Assembly: GCF_056746865.1 (NCBI RefSeq)
Contig: NZ_CM163382.1
Direction: 5' to 3' (one strand)
Length of the DNA stretch: 64,000 nt
Position numbers and translations under genes: made by a program. Of this stretch, positions 61,834 to 64,000 are shown piece by piece. Each line of letters opens with the position of its first letter. Position 1 is the first letter of the stretch. The notes under the pieces are model-generated. The model searched no databases. It saw nothing but the letters and a program-made list of their open reading frames with translations, and had not been told where the DNA came from.

Positions 61834-62436
61834 TCATGAAAATACGCATACGCCGCGCAGTACCCGCTCTCTGAAGCGCAGATACCTCCCCTTATCAATG
61901 AGATGTCCCATATGGAGGTAAACCGGTTTACCGTCCAGCATTTCTTTTTCAAATTCGAACAGGTTTGATATGACCTGTCTGATGACATCTTCTGTAACCC
62001 AGTTAAGGAAAACTTTCCCTGCCCGTGGCGTTTTTTTACCGGTTCTTCCTCCCAGACGAACCTGCCAGAACTCCTGCGGCTGACGCTGCCAGGCAAGGGT
62101 GGGACATGCCAGAACACATTCTCCGCATCCGATACAGAGCGACTCTTCCTTTGTGGCTTTGCCGTTCTTTAATGACAGGCACCCCACGGCGTGGTGCGCA
62201 CAGGCTTTCACACAGGCGCCACATCCGATGCAACGTTCTGCCGTAAAACGCATTCTGGCCACACCAATAATGCCAAAGTCTGACATGGAGGCTTTGGCAC
62301 AGTCATTCGGACACCCGGCAATGACGGTTTTCAGGTGATAGGCGCTGGGATAAATCAGCTTTTCCAGCCGCCGGGATAAACCTGTGGTGTCGGTATTGGC
62401 TTTCTGGCAAATCCGGTTACTATCGCCTGCATGGTG
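61834..62436 (-). pseudogene. asrC: Anaerobic sulfite reductase subunit C remnant; N-terminal third missing, 3' end cut by the IS3-family copy
   Basis: [14 protein letters not shown]...CPNDC siroheme motif and two ferredoxin-type CIGCG(A/E)CV motifs; frame opens only about 10 codons upstream of RICQ; ends VLRGV at the IS boundary. Confidence 0.55.
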
Positions 62437-63035
62437 CTGATATCTTCAAATGTCAGTGCTGCCAGATGGTCAGTGACCCGCCCGGTACGGTAACGTTCAT
62501 CCGCCTCGCCTTCATCCAGGGTCAGAATGAGATTGTGGTGCCGGTGCCAGTTCGCCATCTCCTGCCTGTACAGCACACATTCCCGGTTTCTGTAACCAAA
62601 AATTATGTCAAGCTGGTTGATTTCCTGCGGGTTTTCGACGAAATAGCGCATTAACCCTTTGACTGGCGCAACGCCAGTACCGCCGGCAATGACCACCAGA
62701 GATTTGTGGCGGAAGGCATCAACAGGATAGCCGTTACCATAACAGCCACGAAGCCATACCCTGTCGCCTTCACGGAGGGTAAAAAGCGCGCCGGTCACTT
62801 TGCCGACATTGCGGATAAGCAGGTCTGCCCAGCCCTCTCCGCAGTCAGAAACAGAAATGGGCGCCTCCCCGACACATGGCAGGGAGACTTCGACAAACTG
62901 TCCCCAGCGAGCCGGAAAATCGATTTCCACACGGAAATTCCACTCCTGTGGTGTATGACGGGTGATGGAAATAATGCGGTATGCAGCAGGCAAAAGGCTG
63001 TGCTTTTCTTTATCGTGACAGGAACACGTTGACAC
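62355..63035 (-). pseudogene. asrB: Anaerobic sulfite reductase subunit B remnant; C-terminal Fe-S domain missing
   Basis: Flavin/NAD-binding region present (GGTGVAPV) but ORF ends without the cysteine cluster; asrC-like frame begins in the overlap. Confidence 0.55.
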
Positions 63036-63038
63036 AGG

Positions 63039-63922
63039 TTATGCCTCCCCGGAGAGTGCCTGCCGGACAGCGGCAGTCATTTTATTGATAATACGTGAGA
63101 ATTTAATGTACTGAGGACAACGGTCATCGCAGCGTCCGCAGCCCACGCACATATGCTCAGTACCATTGCGGGCTTTGTAATCATTGACTTTATGAAGTGC
63201 ACGGTAACGTAAACGTTCTCCCGCAGACTGGCGAAAACGGTGTCCGCCGGCCATATCGCTGAAACCCGGTACCATACAGCTGGCCCACTGGCGACGGCGT
63301 TCACCGCGCTGAGGATTTTCGTCATAAGCCACATCAAAAACGCTGTAGCAGGTACAGGTCGGACACCCGGTTGTGCAGCGCCCGCAACCAATACAGCGAC
63401 TGTTGTACTCATCCCAGAGCGGATGATTGATAATAATGTCGCGAACTTTTTGGGGGGACTGACAGATTTTTTCAGGGAGGGTAACCTGCTCCAGGTTTTC
63501 GCTGACGAAGACAGGCTCATATTCCGTGCTCTGTCCCATTCCCTGTAAGGCTTCTTCAAAAAAAGCATCCCTGATAAAAACACTGGCACCGTCATCACTG
63601 AAACGCATTGCCGCGCTGTAATTATCGGTTTTATTGCTCCCCATGGAGACACAGAAGCAGTTTTCAAAACTTTGCGGACACTCAATCAGCACAAAGCGAA
63701 TATGGTCGCGCAGTCGCTGATAACTGTAATCAGAATTATTCCCGTTTGATAAATACATATAATCCAGCCGCGACATGGCATTAATGTCACAGGCGCGGGC
63801 AAATATCAGTACTGGTGTGGTATCCGTCTCCGCAATCTGGATAGTGTCTTTATTAAAATAAAAGAGCGTCTCTGTTATTGGTGAAATAACCGTACTAGGT
63901 GACATGTGGGATTTCTCCTGCC
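63039..63922 (-). pseudogene. asrA: Anaerobic sulfite reductase subunit A remnant, 5'-truncated by IS2
   Basis: Two 4Fe-4S motifs ([26 protein letters not shown]); the apparent N-terminus MITDVWKY is encoded by IS2 end sequence. Confidence 0.55.
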
Positions 63923-64000
63923 TGGATTTGCCCCTATATTTCCAGACATCTGTTATCACTTAACCCATTACTGGTCCGCTGCCGCAGATATTCCCGTGGC
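63923..64000 (-). mobile_element. IS2 right end, element continues beyond the window
   Basis: tggatttgcccctatatttccagacatctgttatcacttaacccattac is the reverse complement of the IS2 right terminus and orfB 3' end. Confidence 0.65.

Larger units (their letters stand above)
60144..61849 (+). mobile_element. IS3-family element, copy B
   Basis: Inverted duplicate of 55999-57709. Confidence 0.7.

Overview
This window is an insertion-sequence-saturated mosaic region of Escherichia/Shigella type (family assignments are from reading the translated ORFs by eye; no database search was run). Intact cargo is dominated by iron/manganese uptake: the 3' part of the aerobactin receptor gene iutA, a complete sitABCD ABC transporter with MntR- and Fur-like operators, and an Iha-like TonB-dependent receptor with a Fur box. 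Other intact genes are a horizontally acquired periplasmic Cu/Zn superoxide dismutase, a chromosomal amiC amidase, a PhoX-like Tat-secreted phosphatase, and a few AT-rich orphan ORFs. Around them lie more than 25 IS elements or fragments from about ten families (ISL3, IS1, IS2/IS3, IS110, IS200, IS256, IS630, IS66, IS21/IS100, IS903), several nested inside each other. Three insertions are precisely bounded by target-site duplications: two complete IS66-family elements (8-bp duplications) and one IS100-like element (5-bp duplication). An IS3 element carries a complete group II intron with its reverse-transcriptase/maturase ORF, and a truncated intron 5' remnant is found in two duplicated copies elsewhere. 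Decayed genes include ugpB, asrABC, afuBC-like, a TraH/TraU-like conjugation module, a PerC-like/SSB prophage remnant and an orphan IbrB-like ParB-domain gene. No CRISPR array, tRNA or rRNA gene was found, and I found no intact multi-gene operon of unknown function that would qualify as a new system; the most unusual structures are the intron-invaded IS3 and the inverted IS3-family/IS21-family/IS3-family composite at 56.0-61.8 kb.
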